Shown: positions 37,345-48,251 of the stretch, one piece after another
Layout: each line of letters opens with the position of its first letter
How positions within the stretch are numbered: the stretch's first letter is position 1
IMG/VR virus record: IMGVR_UViG_3300032296_003307
Span: 124,001-188,000 of that record
Reading direction: 5' to 3' (one strand)
Length of the DNA stretch: 64,000 nucleotides
The notes under the pieces: generated by a model
What the model was told of the DNA's origin: nothing
Seen by the model: only the letters and a program-made list of their open reading frames with translations
The model's database searches: none
Position numbers and translations under genes: made by a program

Positions 37345-38186
37345 TCTAAACGGTCTCTAAAGTAGGATATGAAATTATTTTTTACACTGTACTCAAAACT
37401 GCCGGCATCCCAATCCCAACCATGACCCTCAAGAGGACGACATCCAACTAGATATCTCCAACCAATATTTTCTCGTGTTTTTAATGATAGGTATTTACCC
37501 AAATCTATCTTATCGGCAAATTCATCGGCAAATGGTGTTCCATTATTTATGGACCTTTCATTAAAATAACATATTATGGCATCAAAAAATTCTCTCTTTT
37601 CATACCCAAACTCATTGCAAAAATCATCAACCATTTCATCATCAATTAGAACTTTATCTCCATTACCTTTTATGTAATTTAAACTTTCAAATGTTATCGG
37701 AAAGAAAAATTCAATGTCTTCGTTATCAACATATTCCTCAGATTCCATGTTTGAGTAATTTATAGAATATGGTACTCCATAGGACCTCATTTCTCCTTTT
37801 TTGTTTTTACCAACATATTTTTTCAAATACTTTTTGGTTTCTTCACTCATAATTATAGAACGAGCGGTCAAATCAATTTTTCCGTACTTAAATTTAAAAT
37901 CAATCCTAAATTCTTTTCCTTGTAAAGGATGGTAGTCAGGAAACATAAAACGAAACATTTTATTGAGGGTGTCATAAATCTCATACTGCAATATTTTTTT
38001 TGTAAAATAAGGTATTTGTGGAGTTCCTGTAATTTCTACATAACAATCATATAGTTTAGAATACGCGCCAGCATTTTCATTTTTAGGTAAATATTCTAAT
38101 TTGTAAGATAGATTTAATCCGAAAACTTTGCTTTTCAGATTATTTAACATTTTCTCTATAAGATTGGTTTGAACATTTATATCCAT
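37341..38186 (-). CDS. Hypothetical protein (LIEKMLN family)
   Basis: 281-aa ORF. Confidence 0.7.
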   Translation of the reverse strand: MDINVQTNLIEKMLNNLKSKVFGLNLSYKLEYLPKNENAGAYSKLYDCYVEITGTPQIPYFTKKILQYEIYDTLNKMFRFMFPDYHPLQGKEFRIDFKFKYGKIDLTARSIIMSEETKKYLKKYVGKNKKGEMRSYGVPYSINYSNMESEEYVDNEDIEFFFPITFESLNYIKGNGDKVLIDDEMVDDFCNEFGYEKREFFDAIICYFNERSINNGTPFADEFADKIDLGKYLSLKTRENIGWRYLVGCRPLEGHGWDWDAGSFEYSVKNNFISYFRDRLD

Positions 38187-38204
38187 GACAGTATTTATAT
38201 AAAT

Positions 38205-38534
38205 ATGAAAAACAGGACAATTATTCTCAGAGAATCCGAACTTGTCAATGTTATTGAAAGGTTAGTTAAGGAAGAAGACATGATGGAATTCATGGACTAT
38301 GACGACGCCGACCCAATTGAGGTTATGAGAATTAACAAGGAAAATTTGAAAAGTAAGAAGTTGACATTTTATGAATATGAAATCAACGATGCCGGTTATT
38401 TAATTTTATTTGATGAGATTAGAAATGTGTCGATAGAAGTTTATGATGGTGAATTTGTTGATAGTGATAATTTCGAAATTATCTATAAACCAATGAATCA
38501 ATATGCTAAAGAAGTATTTTCAGAGATAATATGA
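38205..38534 (+). CDS. Leader-bearing acidic protein
   Basis: MKNRTIILRESELVNVIERLVKEE. Confidence 0.75.
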   Translation: MKNRTIILRESELVNVIERLVKEEDMMEFMDYDDADPIEVMRINKENLKSKKLTFYEYEINDAGYLILFDEIRNVSIEVYDGEFVDSDNFEIIYKPMNQYAKEVFSEII

Positions 38535-38869
38535 GAAAAGTAATAAAATTAACCGAGTCGGATTTAAGAAGAATCGTTAGACGTGTAATCGCCGAGCAAG
38601 GAAGGTCAGGAACAAATCCTGAGGTGTTAGACGCAATTAAATCTATGAATTTTGCCAAAGAATATTGTGTTAGAGCAAGTGATAAGGGTGATATTGAATT
38701 GTCATATGACTATTGTAATAAGACTTATCCGCATATCATGATTTCATACCCAACAGAAGGGTTGGAATTATTGGATATAAAAACACCTAAAATAATTAAA
38801 ACATGGGAATTCTTCTCAGAAGAAGACATACCTGATTTAGAACAAACCGTAAAAAATGTAGTAAAATGA
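38531..38869 (+). CDS. Leader-bearing hypothetical protein
   Basis: MRKVIKLTESDLRRIVRRVIAEQ. Confidence 0.8.
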   Translation: MRKVIKLTESDLRRIVRRVIAEQGRSGTNPEVLDAIKSMNFAKEYCVRASDKGDIELSYDYCNKTYPHIMISYPTEGLELLDIKTPKIIKTWEFFSEEDIPDLEQTVKNVVK

Positions 38870-39273
38870 ACAGAAGAATAATTTTAAACGAAGATGAAAG
38901 GTCAAAAATTCTTTCAATGCACAGAAATGAAATAAAGAAAATGTTTATTCGTGAAGACGATGACATAAGTGATGATGACTTCATGGATGATGATACACCT
39001 GAAGAAATGGTTACAGATTTAACCGTAGAAAAATTTGGACCATTAGTTTCTGTGGAAGGTAATGGTGAAAAATTCATGGGTAGTGAAATGGATGGAGGAT
39101 GGGAATTCTACAATAATGAAGACGTTATTGTTACAATGGACGAAATGTGTTCGGCTCTTGGTTGTAGCATGGAACAACTTAAAGACACCCTAGGAATTGA
39201 TGACGAATCTGAAGAGATTGATGATGTTGTTATGTCCAAATCGGATGATGATGAGATTGACTTAGGATTTTAA
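38866..39273 (+). CDS. Leader-bearing highly acidic protein
   Basis: MNRRIILNEDERSKILSMH...FIRED. Confidence 0.75.
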   Translation: MNRRIILNEDERSKILSMHRNEIKKMFIREDDDISDDDFMDDDTPEEMVTDLTVEKFGPLVSVEGNGEKFMGSEMDGGWEFYNNEDVIVTMDEMCSALGCSMEQLKDTLGIDDESEEIDDVVMSKSDDDEIDLGF

Positions 39274-39295
39274 AGTACATATACAAAAAATTTAG

Positions 39296-39323
39296 AACCC
39301 CAATTTAAACGTTGGGGTTTTTT
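39296..39323 (+). terminator. Intrinsic terminator
   Basis: AACCCC/GGGGTT followed by a T tract. Confidence 0.7.
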
Positions 39324-39352
39324 ATTTCTATTTGCTTGTATTTATTATCAGT

Positions 39353-42300
39353 ATGGCATGTTGTAAATATCAATTTTTATCAAATAGACTGTTTCCGGTT
39401 ACGGTTAATTGGACCGCTTGTGACGGACAAAAAAAATCTACAATTTTAAGAAGAAATCGTCCAATAACCGTTTGGGCAATTTGTGGAACCGCACAACCTA
39501 GCAGATTTGCCACATTAATTTTAGAGTGTAAATGTGTTGGACTTAAAATTGAAAAGCAACCAATAGTAACATCAGGTAGGACCACTTTTGTTCAATTTAC
39601 AGATTGTTATGGAAACCTACAAAAAAAGGAATTGACCGATAGTTCTCCTGTAATAAACGAGTGTGGTTGTAGAGGAACCACAGCTAGTGCAGATATATAT
39701 AGTGTTAGTGAATTTGGTGATTGTTCTAAAGGAGGATTGATTATACCAACCCCTACACCAACAAAAACTTCAACATTAACACCCACATTAACCAAAACAC
39801 CAACCTCAACACCAACTCCAACAAAAACAAAAACCCCAACTCCAACTCCAACAAACACAAGTACAACAACACCATCAAATAGTCCACAAAGTACACCATG
39901 TTTAAGTTTTAGTTTGACACCAAGTAATAGTGCAACACCTAGCACAACACCATCAACAACACCGACAACAACTCCTACGGTAACAACAACAACTTCACCA
40001 ACACCGACTAAGACTGCAACACCATCACCAACTGCGTGTGAGTGTAAGATTTACCAATTCAGAGTCAGACAAACTGATTTAAACAGTGCCACAGGGAATA
40101 CACAATCGTGGATTAATAAAACAGTATTCGGGTTCATGGGTAACTGTGCACCAACTTGCAATCCTGACCATTGGCAATCAACAGGGTTTGTCGTTCCTGA
40201 TGGTTATATTGGTTCAACCGCAACATCAGATATTATCTATGAATGGTGTCAACCATTAACAAAATTACAACAAGACGATAATAACGGATTTGTTACACCA
40301 CCTTACATTTATTTTTACTACTATCAAAATGGTGTTAAAATAACAGGTATATCTACAACTTATACTGCAACCACAGAATGTTGTACCGAACCTGTAGTTT
40401 ATGGTGGTAATAGACAAGGAATTTATTCTTTGACTGAAGAGGGAGGGGCTCCTTCTACACCATCGACAGGACAAATAGAATTTTTTAACTCCGGTGTAAC
40501 ATATAACATTGGTGAAATTACAGGATTTTCATTTACATTGGTAGATGCGTTGGACCAAAATGTTGGTCAACCAAATGACGGTACAGGAAATTGTTATTCA
40601 GTAACCAACCTATCAAACGGAGGTGGGTCAATTTATTTTACACAGAGCGGTGTAACTTTTGGGTTTAGCGGAACCTCCTCAAGTTTTGTGAGTAACGCAA
40701 CAGGGTTTAGTGGTTCTAATTTGACATTAATTCAATCAGGAGGAACATCTTTCTTTTCAGGATTATCCGTAAATATGACATTTAACGTTAATCCTTACCC
40801 AACAGTAACACCAACAAGTAACCCAACTGTAACACCAACCAAAACACCGACCAAAACACCAACACCAACAGTTACACCAACTTATACCGTTACAAGTACA
40901 CCTACTGAAACCGCAACCAACACACCAACACCATCTGTAACACCAAGTCCAACAGAAACTTATTATTGTAGACAATGTCCATCGGGCACAACATGGAATG
41001 GTACTTATTGTGTTGGTAACATATTTTCATCAACATCTGCAACTACTGCATATTCGGCCTTTACCTTTACCTCAGGTTCCACATTAGCGGCGTTTGGTCG
41101 TTGGGGCACCATTTTTTACGAAGATATAAGTGGATATACCTTACCATTAACTTTTTATAACGGTGATTACCCGACAGGGGGTATTATTGCGTATTCAGGT
41201 TCAAATACAACAATATTTAACGGATTACGAGACTCATCAACATTTATAAATTCTTTCACATCCATCGCTTCGGGTAATTTTGATTCTAATTCTGGCGGTA
41301 CTGAAGTACAACGACAAATAGTCGTTAATAATGGTAATGCTCCGACATCACAATTATGGTCAAGTCTTAATAATTCCGATTACGGAAGAATTAATCAGGC
41401 CGGTGTACAAAACGCCGCAGGATTTTTGACAAATGAATGGTGGGGTTATTATGTTTGTGTTGAATTGACCGCAACAACACAATTACATCTATTAATTGGT
41501 GGTGATGACCTTTATAGATTAAGAATGAATGAAAATTTTATAATCTATAAAAATGGTGCAAATCCGCCATCGGTAACTCTTAATGGTGTGACTTATGCAA
41601 ATGCTGGTAGATATGCCATCACAAATGCTGCGGGTCAAAACATTAGCTTTTTTAATCAAATTTGTTTACCTATAACGTTGACCGCAGGAACTTATATATT
41701 CCAACCCGAGTTTATGGATACAGGAGTTCAATATACTACAGGAGTATTTGAAATATACTCAGGAGTATCAACATCAACATTAACAGGTCTTACAACAAAT
41801 ACACAACTATCACCATATATTTTACATTCTTCAGAAAATTTAAGAGGTCAAACAGTTAGCATGATTAAATATTCAGGAAATACTTTTGGTATTTTCTGTC
41901 CACCTAACTATACACTTGGTTTTAGTTCTTGTACACCATATTGTGTTTATGGAAATACAATACAACAACCCTGTCCTACTGTTACACCATCAACCACACC
42001 TTCAAATACACCTACTACGACTCAAACACAAACACCAACACCAACTGAAACTCCAACCTTAACACCAACACCAACGGAAACTTTAGGTATAGAAGGATAT
42101 GTTGCACAACCATGTTGTGGTGGTGGACAAATAGAAATAAATATTCAAGGTAACGGCACATTTTTAGGGCAGTCTTTTTCGTTGGCTAATCAATGTTGGA
42201 CTATTATTTTACCGCTGGGTACATCGGTAGTTGGTCCAACTATAAATGCAACATATTTGTTTGAGTCTGGTTGTACACAATGTTTTGATAGTACTTATGA

Positions 42301-43198
42301 CTATTGTCCATCTCAGACACCAACGGCATCAATAACTGCAACACCTACCGAAACTCCGACTATGACACCAACAACAACGGTAACAAAAACACAAACTAAG
42401 ACACCAACACCTACAAAAACTGCTACTAAAACACCAACACCTACAAAAACACCTACAATGACACCAACACAAAGTAAGTCGGCGTGTTATTGCACAACAT
42501 TTAATATAAGTAAACACGATATTGAATTCGCTTCAGGGAATACAGATAACACTAATGGTAAAGTATTTGCGGTTGTGTATTTGTGTGGTGAAAGTCTACC
42601 ATCAACGTTAGAATTTAATTTTGGAGACACCTATAGAAGGTGTATTGGTCAGTTCTTCTACTTTTATTTAAATAACAACAATTCTGTTTATCAATCTTAC
42701 GTAAATCCTGAATATTTTAGTTCAACAACAATAACATCTCAAACCGCATGTGATAGTGATGAATTCTGTTGTGGTTTTGTACCATCTCAAACTAGAACGC
42801 CAACAAACACTCCAACACCAACAAGTTGTTTGGGTTCATGGAATAGCGTGGCGTTACTTTCAGAATTTTCTGACACCATTTGTAATGGTAACACTATTAG
42901 GTCAGGAAAATTAGAACGAAGAAATTTGGTTCAGTATACAAATAATTGTAGAAATTTGAGTTCAATACCTGCTAACTGCAAGTGGTACCAAGATTATTAC
43001 ATATATTCATGGGATAATAATTGTAATAAAATTACAACTGTGGTTACTGAACAATACCAACCAAACACGGCAAATACTGTTATAAATTTAGGATATATAG
43101 AAGAAACGGTTGGGTGTGAAAATTGTAATAGAGTTGTGGTAAAAAAACCTGTACCTGGCACATTAAGAAATAATTGTGGTATTCCTTTTAAACCGTAA
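39353..43198 (+). CDS. Large Pro/Thr/Ser-repeat (mucin-like), Cys-rich putative virion surface/fibre protein
   Basis: Several TPTPT linkers separate Cys-rich modules and a ~300-aa globular beta-rich domain; start at 39353 after TATTTAT. Confidence 0.75.
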   Translation: MACCKYQFLSNRLFPVTVNWTACDGQKKSTILRRNRPITVWAICGTAQPSRFATLILECKCVGLKIEKQPIVTSGRTTFVQFTDCYGNLQKKELTDSSPVINECGCRGTTASADIYSVSEFGDCSKGGLIIPTPTPTKTSTLTPTLTKTPTSTPTPTKTKTPTPTPTNTSTTTPSNSPQSTPCLSFSLTPSNSATPSTTPSTTPTTTPTVTTTTSPTPTKTATPSPTACECKIYQFRVRQTDLNSATGNTQSWINKTVFGFMGNCAPTCNPDHWQSTGFVVPDGYIGSTATSDIIYEWCQPLTKLQQDDNNGFVTPPYIYFYYYQNGVKITGISTTYTATTECCTEPVVYGGNRQGIYSLTEEGGAPSTPSTGQIEFFNSGVTYNIGEITGFSFTLVDALDQNVGQPNDGTGNCYSVTNLSNGGGSIYFTQSGVTFGFSGTSSSFVSNATGFSGSNLTLIQSGGTSFFSGLSVNMTFNVNPYPTVTPTSNPTVTPTKTPTKTPTPTVTPTYTVTSTPTETATNTPTPSVTPSPTETYYCRQCPSGTTWNGTYCVGNIFSSTSATTAYSAFTFTSGSTLAAFGRWGTIFYEDISGYTLPLTFYNGDYPTGGIIAYSGSNTTIFNGLRDSSTFINSFTSIASGNFDSNSGGTEVQRQIVVNNGNAPTSQLWSSLNNSDYGRINQAGVQNAAGFLTNEWWGYYVCVELTATTQLHLLIGGDDLYRLRMNENFIIYKNGANPPSVTLNGVTYANAGRYAITNAAGQNISFFNQICLPITLTAGTYIFQPEFMDTGVQYTTGVFEIYSGVSTSTLTGLTTNTQLSPYILHSSENLRGQTVSMIKYSGNTFGIFCPPNYTLGFSSCTPYCVYGNTIQQPCPTVTPSTTPSNTPTTTQTQTPTPTETPTLTPTPTETLGIEGYVAQPCCGGGQIEINIQGNGTFLGQSFSLANQCWTIILPLGTSVVGPTINATYLFESGCTQCFDSTYDYCPSQTPTASITATPTETPTMTPTTTVTKTQTKTPTPTKTATKTPTPTKTPTMTPTQSKSACYCTTFNISKHDIEFASGNTDNTNGKVFAVVYLCGESLPSTLEFNFGDTYRRCIGQFFYFYLNNNNSVYQSYVNPEYFSSTTITSQTACDSDEFCCGFVPSQTRTPTNTPTPTSCLGSWNSVALLSEFSDTICNGNTIRSGKLERRNLVQYTNNCRNLSSIPANCKWYQDYYIYSWDNNCNKITTVVTEQYQPNTANTVINLGYIEETVGCENCNRVVVKKPVPGTLRNNCGIPFKP

Positions 43199-43208
43199 AA
43201 AATATTAA

Positions 43209-44150
43209 ATGTCTTATACGTGTATTAAATATACCGTTCAAAATATAAGTCCAATTATACCTGTCACAATAACATGGCGTGGTTGTAATGGATTAACTAG
43301 AACTCAAACACTTAGAAAAAAAAGTTCAATAAGTATATGTGCGTTAAATAATTCTGTTAAATCCAGTATCATTAGGTTAACAAATATAACAAGAAATTGT
43401 AAACCAACTAATGAATGTGTAAATTATTTGGTAACAAATAATAGTAGTTTTTATCAAACATTTGAGTATGTTGACTGTCAAACACCTATGCCGGGTTTGG
43501 GATTTGTTAATAATAAAACAAGAGGCGTAGAACCAGGTCAAACAATTTCAGTTTGTATGTGTGTACCATGTTTAAGTGCATCGGAAAATTTTAATTTTAC
43601 TTTAGAAAAAAAACAACCATGTGTTAATGGTTTACCTGTAACCCCAACACCGTCACCATATAATTGTTTTAGTGTTATAAGTTATGAACCACCAAATCAA
43701 GACACGTTGGTTTTATTTACAGACTGTTGCGGAAACACTAGACAGTTTGTTGCTGATGTTAATTCAAGCGGATACGGTACGCCACCTGAATTTTGTATAC
43801 GAAAAAATTCGGCAATTAGTAGTTTGAAAAGTGTTCTTTATCAAGACCCGTGTGTACAAACTTGTGGAACGCCAACCCCAACACCGTCAGTGACATCAAC
43901 ACCCGCAACAACGCCAACCAATACACTTACACCAACACCGACACCAACAAAAAGTTTGACACCAACACCAACAAAAACACAAACCAATACACCGTCAGTA
44001 ACATTAACGCCCACAAAAACACCAACCAATACTCCTTCAGATACACCAACCCCAACCCCTACTCCAACACCAATAATATTGAATAATCCAATATTAGTTG
44101 GTGAGGATGAATATTTAAATGTTGGGGATAATCAATTTTTACAATATTAA
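43209..44150 (+). CDS. Cys-rich module plus PT-repeat protein
   Basis: C..Y.V.N....V.ITWRGC.G modules; C-terminal PT tract. Confidence 0.75.
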   Translation: MSYTCIKYTVQNISPIIPVTITWRGCNGLTRTQTLRKKSSISICALNNSVKSSIIRLTNITRNCKPTNECVNYLVTNNSSFYQTFEYVDCQTPMPGLGFVNNKTRGVEPGQTISVCMCVPCLSASENFNFTLEKKQPCVNGLPVTPTPSPYNCFSVISYEPPNQDTLVLFTDCCGNTRQFVADVNSSGYGTPPEFCIRKNSAISSLKSVLYQDPCVQTCGTPTPTPSVTSTPATTPTNTLTPTPTPTKSLTPTPTKTQTNTPSVTLTPTKTPTNTPSDTPTPTPTPTPIILNNPILVGEDEYLNVGDNQFLQY

Positions 44151-44172
44151 AATTAAAAAACTATAAAATAAA

Positions 44173-46236
44173 ATGGCACTAACAGGAAAAACAATCGGAC
44201 AATTAACATATCTACAGTATCCCACAAATGATACTTTGATTCCTGTGGAATTAAGTGGTGATACATACCACATATCATTTTCTGCAGTAAACTATACTGA
44301 AACAACATATACGGATTTAGTTGTAGGTGCAACAGCAGCTGAACTAACTCCAGGTCAATACTACTTGATGACCGATTTCCAAACTTGTTATGACCAACCA
44401 AATTATGATAGTCTTGGTAATCCAATAACAACAGGTAACTATAAAACAGGTACAACTGAACCGATATTATTGTTGGCAACATCAACAACAGGATTCTCAC
44501 CAACAGTATATTCAACATTGTATCCACAAGATAAAATATCTTACGACTTTACTTGGAATACAACTGAGGTAACAGGTAGTCCTGCTAAAGGTAGAATCAC
44601 AGAACGTATTGACGAAAAAGATAATAGAGCCGACTACGATTTCAGAGCAGTTCAATTTATCAGATATGTTGGATTCTTTTCAGAACAATATTTGCCAGGT
44701 AAAATTGATATAAATGCAACAACAGGATTAGTGTCAGAAACTACAACAGGAACAACATTTTTATCTTCCTTTAATGTTGGTGATATTTTGGGTGTTTTTT
44801 ATTCAGCGGGTAATGACGCTCCTATAGGATGTTTTCAGTATTACGAAATTACATCAATTGTTAGCGATACTCAAATGTATGTGACAGGTAGGACTTTGAC
44901 CGCATCCAATAACGTGTATTATAGTCATGGGATAAGATTACCTGATTACATGAGTCCATTCCAATGTAATGTTACTGGAGGAACTTATGATGAATCTGCA
45001 GAGTATTATACATTCCATAATGGAAGTAGTAATAATGTTTATCTTGGTAATAACAGTGAGTATAGTGATTTTATTTTATCAAACAACGTGTTTCAAGGTG
45101 GTTCACATTATGATATGACTTTTGGTGGAAATGTTGTAGGAAATACCCTTAATAACGTTTTGAGAGCAAGTACCTGTGGTCCTTACTTCCAATATAATAT
45201 CATAACAAATAATTTTGATAGAAATGTAGTAGGTCCAAATTTCCAACGAAATGTTATTGATTGTGATATGAACAATAATCAAATTGCAGGTAATTTCCAT
45301 CATAACACTTTGGGTGATGCAGACGGACAAGATTTTGTTTATAATACAATTGGTCCATTTTTCTATAACAATTTCTTGACTTTCAATAATAGTGATTTCC
45401 AAAACAACACCATTGGGTATAGGTTCTATAATAACCTTATAGATAGTGGATTCATAAACAACGAAATCAATGGTACTTTTTATAATAATATAATTAGGAA
45501 TTCAGATTTTGATAATAATAACATTGGGGACACATTTTATTCAAACAACATACCAGTTAGTTTTAGTAGAAATACTATAGGTCAACAATTTTATGAGAAT
45601 AACATTTATAGTCAATTCACTGAAAATACTTTTGGTGAAAACGTATATGTAAACACTTTTGGTGACCCGACTAACATTGGAATTTATTCATTCACAAATA
45701 ACAACGTAGGTGGAGATTTCGCTGCTAACTATTTTTCAGGAACTACTCAATATAATAAAATTGGGAACGGGTGTGGTAGTAATAATGTTGACACAAATTT
45801 TTCATATAATCAAATTGGAACTAATTTTACAAGTAATATTATTGCAAATGATTTTGGATTTGGTGGTGGGGTATATAGAGGAAACATTATAGGTAACGGA
45901 TTTAATGCTAATACCGTGGGTGAATATTGTTACAACAATACTTTTGGTGACGAGTGTTATAATAATAACTTATCTGATTATTTTACAAATAATAATATAA
46001 GTTATGGTATGAATAATACAACCACACTTGATTTAGATGGTGTGGGAAATTTCCAAAATAATAACATAACCTATGGTTATTTCCAATTTGATTTAACTTT
46101 AACAGGTGGGACAGGAGGGAACCCAATATTATATAGTCAATATACCACCAATATCATGAAAGATTCTATGGATAATGTCACATATGTGACTTTCTTGAGT
46201 GGTGGAACAATAATCGCACAAACAATAACAATTTAA
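44173..46236 (+). CDS. Asn-rich parallel beta-helix repeat protein (tailspike/fibre-like)
   Basis: About 20 ~11-residue N.IG..F..N repeats. Confidence 0.75.
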   Translation: MALTGKTIGQLTYLQYPTNDTLIPVELSGDTYHISFSAVNYTETTYTDLVVGATAAELTPGQYYLMTDFQTCYDQPNYDSLGNPITTGNYKTGTTEPILLLATSTTGFSPTVYSTLYPQDKISYDFTWNTTEVTGSPAKGRITERIDEKDNRADYDFRAVQFIRYVGFFSEQYLPGKIDINATTGLVSETTTGTTFLSSFNVGDILGVFYSAGNDAPIGCFQYYEITSIVSDTQMYVTGRTLTASNNVYYSHGIRLPDYMSPFQCNVTGGTYDESAEYYTFHNGSSNNVYLGNNSEYSDFILSNNVFQGGSHYDMTFGGNVVGNTLNNVLRASTCGPYFQYNIITNNFDRNVVGPNFQRNVIDCDMNNNQIAGNFHHNTLGDADGQDFVYNTIGPFFYNNFLTFNNSDFQNNTIGYRFYNNLIDSGFINNEINGTFYNNIIRNSDFDNNNIGDTFYSNNIPVSFSRNTIGQQFYENNIYSQFTENTFGENVYVNTFGDPTNIGIYSFTNNNVGGDFAANYFSGTTQYNKIGNGCGSNNVDTNFSYNQIGTNFTSNIIANDFGFGGGVYRGNIIGNGFNANTVGEYCYNNTFGDECYNNNLSDYFTNNNISYGMNNTTTLDLDGVGNFQNNNITYGYFQFDLTLTGGTGGNPILYSQYTTNIMKDSMDNVTYVTFLSGGTIIAQTITI

Positions 46237-46239
46237 TAA

Positions 46240-46359
46240 AATGCCCAAACACCAACACCGACACCAACAGACCCTTATACAGGAGTAACCCAAAAACAAA
46301 CAATAACACCAACTAACACTCAAACTCTAGCGGTACCTAAAATTAAATCAAACAAATAA
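46240..46359 (+). pseudogene. Start-less PT-repeat relic in frame with the upstream gene
   Basis: After TAA TAA the same frame reads NAQTPTPTPTDPYTGVTQ..., which matches PTDPYTGTTQT in the 46408 protein. Confidence 0.45.
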
Positions 46360-46407
46360 TCTAAAATTGATAATTGATTTACATATTATGATGATATTTA
46401 TTGAGGT

Positions 46408-47853
46408 ATGTATACATGTTTAAATTTTACGATAACAAACAGAAATGTTCTTAGACCAATTGTAGTCACTTGGAGAGGGTGTGACGGGGCAACAAGAAGC
46501 CAAAGCTTAAGAAGAAGAGGGTCTATGACCGTTTGTGCATTAAATGGTAGTGTAACCTCAACTTTCAGAAACTTCGCCACAATAACAAGAAACTGTCAAT
46601 GTTTTAATTATCAAGTAACGAATACAAGTATATTCTATCAAACATTTGAACATGTAAACTGCAATGGATTTACAACCACGACAGGCATAGGACCAAACGA
46701 AACTGTTTCTTTGTGTATGTGTCGTCCGTGTTTTTTACCAAACCAAACAAATGTTAATTTTACATTAGTGCAAGGTCAACCATGTGTTAACGGACTACCA
46801 GCAACTCCTACACCATCAACAACACCAACTGTTACCCCAACCCCACTTCCATGTTCTTCAGGGATTACTGCAGATGCGGGTTTTTGGTTCTATTATGATT
46901 GTTGTGGAAATTATGTTTCAGGTATTAGCGCAAATACTGTGATATGTATGAACCCAAATTTTGCGAATTCAGGGGTTATTCCAATATATTCTGCTTGTTC
47001 ACAAACATGTGTAACACCAACACCAACTAAAACTAAAACATCAACTCCGACACCAACACAAACGCCCACAGACCCATACACAGGAACAACTCAAACTCCA
47101 ACTACAAGTCCAACACCAACTACAACTCCTTCGGCAACTACAACATCAACTCCGACAGTAACGTCCACACCAACAAATACGCTTACTCCTTCAGCAACAA
47201 CAACATCAACTCCGACAGTAACGTCCACACCAACAAATACACTTACTCCTTCAGCAACAACAACACCAACAGAAACCGTAACTCCTACACCAACAAATAC
47301 ACCTAGTCAATCGGCAACCACAACTCCTACACCAACAAATACACTTACTCCTTCAGCAACAACAACACCAACAGAAACCGTAACTCCTACACCAACAAAT
47401 ACACTTACTCCTTCAGCAACAACAACACCAACAGAAACCGTAACTCCTACACCAACACCAACGGTTACTGACCCGTACACAGGAACAACTGAAACACCTA
47501 CACCAACACCAACAAATACACCTAGTCAATCGGCAACCACAACTCCTACACCAACTGTGACATCAACACCAACAAATACAGGCACAATGGCGAGCACAGG
47601 GGTTACCGTTAATTTTGGTACAACAGAAGCAACAACATGTACTCCTGACGCTGGAACGGCCTTAGTTTACTTACCACCAGGTGGAACAATATCTGAGACA
47701 ACTACAATTTATTTTGATGCTGGATTGACAACACCATACACTATTAACCCTACCGCTAACTTTATTGTAGACGCAACTGCGGGAAGTACAGTTCATAACT
47801 TTAACAGACTTACAGGTGTAGTTGGTTCCGCAACAATAACAACTTGTCCGTAA
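46408..47853 (+). CDS. Cys-rich module plus long PT-repeat protein (paralog of 43209)
   Basis: N-terminus MYTCLNF...VTWRGCDG aligns with 43209; ~190-aa T/P/S tract. Confidence 0.8.
   Translation: MYTCLNFTITNRNVLRPIVVTWRGCDGATRSQSLRRRGSMTVCALNGSVTSTFRNFATITRNCQCFNYQVTNTSIFYQTFEHVNCNGFTTTTGIGPNETVSLCMCRPCFLPNQTNVNFTLVQGQPCVNGLPATPTPSTTPTVTPTPLPCSSGITADAGFWFYYDCCGNYVSGISANTVICMNPNFANSGVIPIYSACSQTCVTPTPTKTKTSTPTPTQTPTDPYTGTTQTPTTSPTPTTTPSATTTSTPTVTSTPTNTLTPSATTTSTPTVTSTPTNTLTPSATTTPTETVTPTPTNTPSQSATTTPTPTNTLTPSATTTPTETVTPTPTNTLTPSATTTPTETVTPTPTPTVTDPYTGTTETPTPTPTNTPSQSATTTPTPTVTSTPTNTGTMASTGVTVNFGTTEATTCTPDAGTALVYLPPGGTISETTTIYFDAGLTTPYTINPTANFIVDATAGSTVHNFNRLTGVVGSATITTCP
47125..47580 (+). repeat. 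60-bp coding tandem repeats
   Basis: 47341-47397 is identical to 47401-47457; 47125, 47185 and 47245 show a 60-bp period. Confidence 0.9.
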
Positions 47854-47864
47854 AATACTAATAT

Positions 47865-48239
47865 ATGTCAAGAAAAATAATATTATCTGAAAAACAATTT
47901 GAACAATTGGTTAATAAAATAACTGAAGACGTTAATGAAAACATTTTTTCAGATGCTTATTATGGTTTAAAGGGTGTTTGGAGAGGTTATGGTTATAACT
48001 TTTACAAATACACCAATCAAGTTGACAATATTGCACGTACTATGTTAAGAAAAACGGCAGGTTTGGATGCTCAAGCCAATAATTTGGTAGAAATAAATAG
48101 AACTGTGGGGCAACTAAACATACCACAACAGTCAAAGGACGAATTGAGAAATGAAGTTAATAACTTGTTAACCTCGTTCCAACAATATCAACAATCTCTA
48201 CAGAACTTAAGGGCTTGGAGTCAAAGAACCATCTCTTAA
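47865..48239 (+). CDS. Leader-bearing helical protein
   Basis: MSRKIILSEKQFEQLVNKITED. Confidence 0.75.
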   Translation: MSRKIILSEKQFEQLVNKITEDVNENIFSDAYYGLKGVWRGYGYNFYKYTNQVDNIARTMLRKTAGLDAQANNLVEINRTVGQLNIPQQSKDELRNEVNNLLTSFQQYQQSLQNLRAWSQRTIS

Positions 48240-48251
48240 ATTTACTCCTAT

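Noticed and set aside
39700-47600. Repetitive ACACCAAC-rich DNA as a CRISPR array or DGR template/variable repeat
   Set aside because: The repeats are in-frame Pro/Thr codons with no repeat-spacer alternation. No cas or reverse transcriptase gene is in the window and there is no adenine-specific mismatch pattern.
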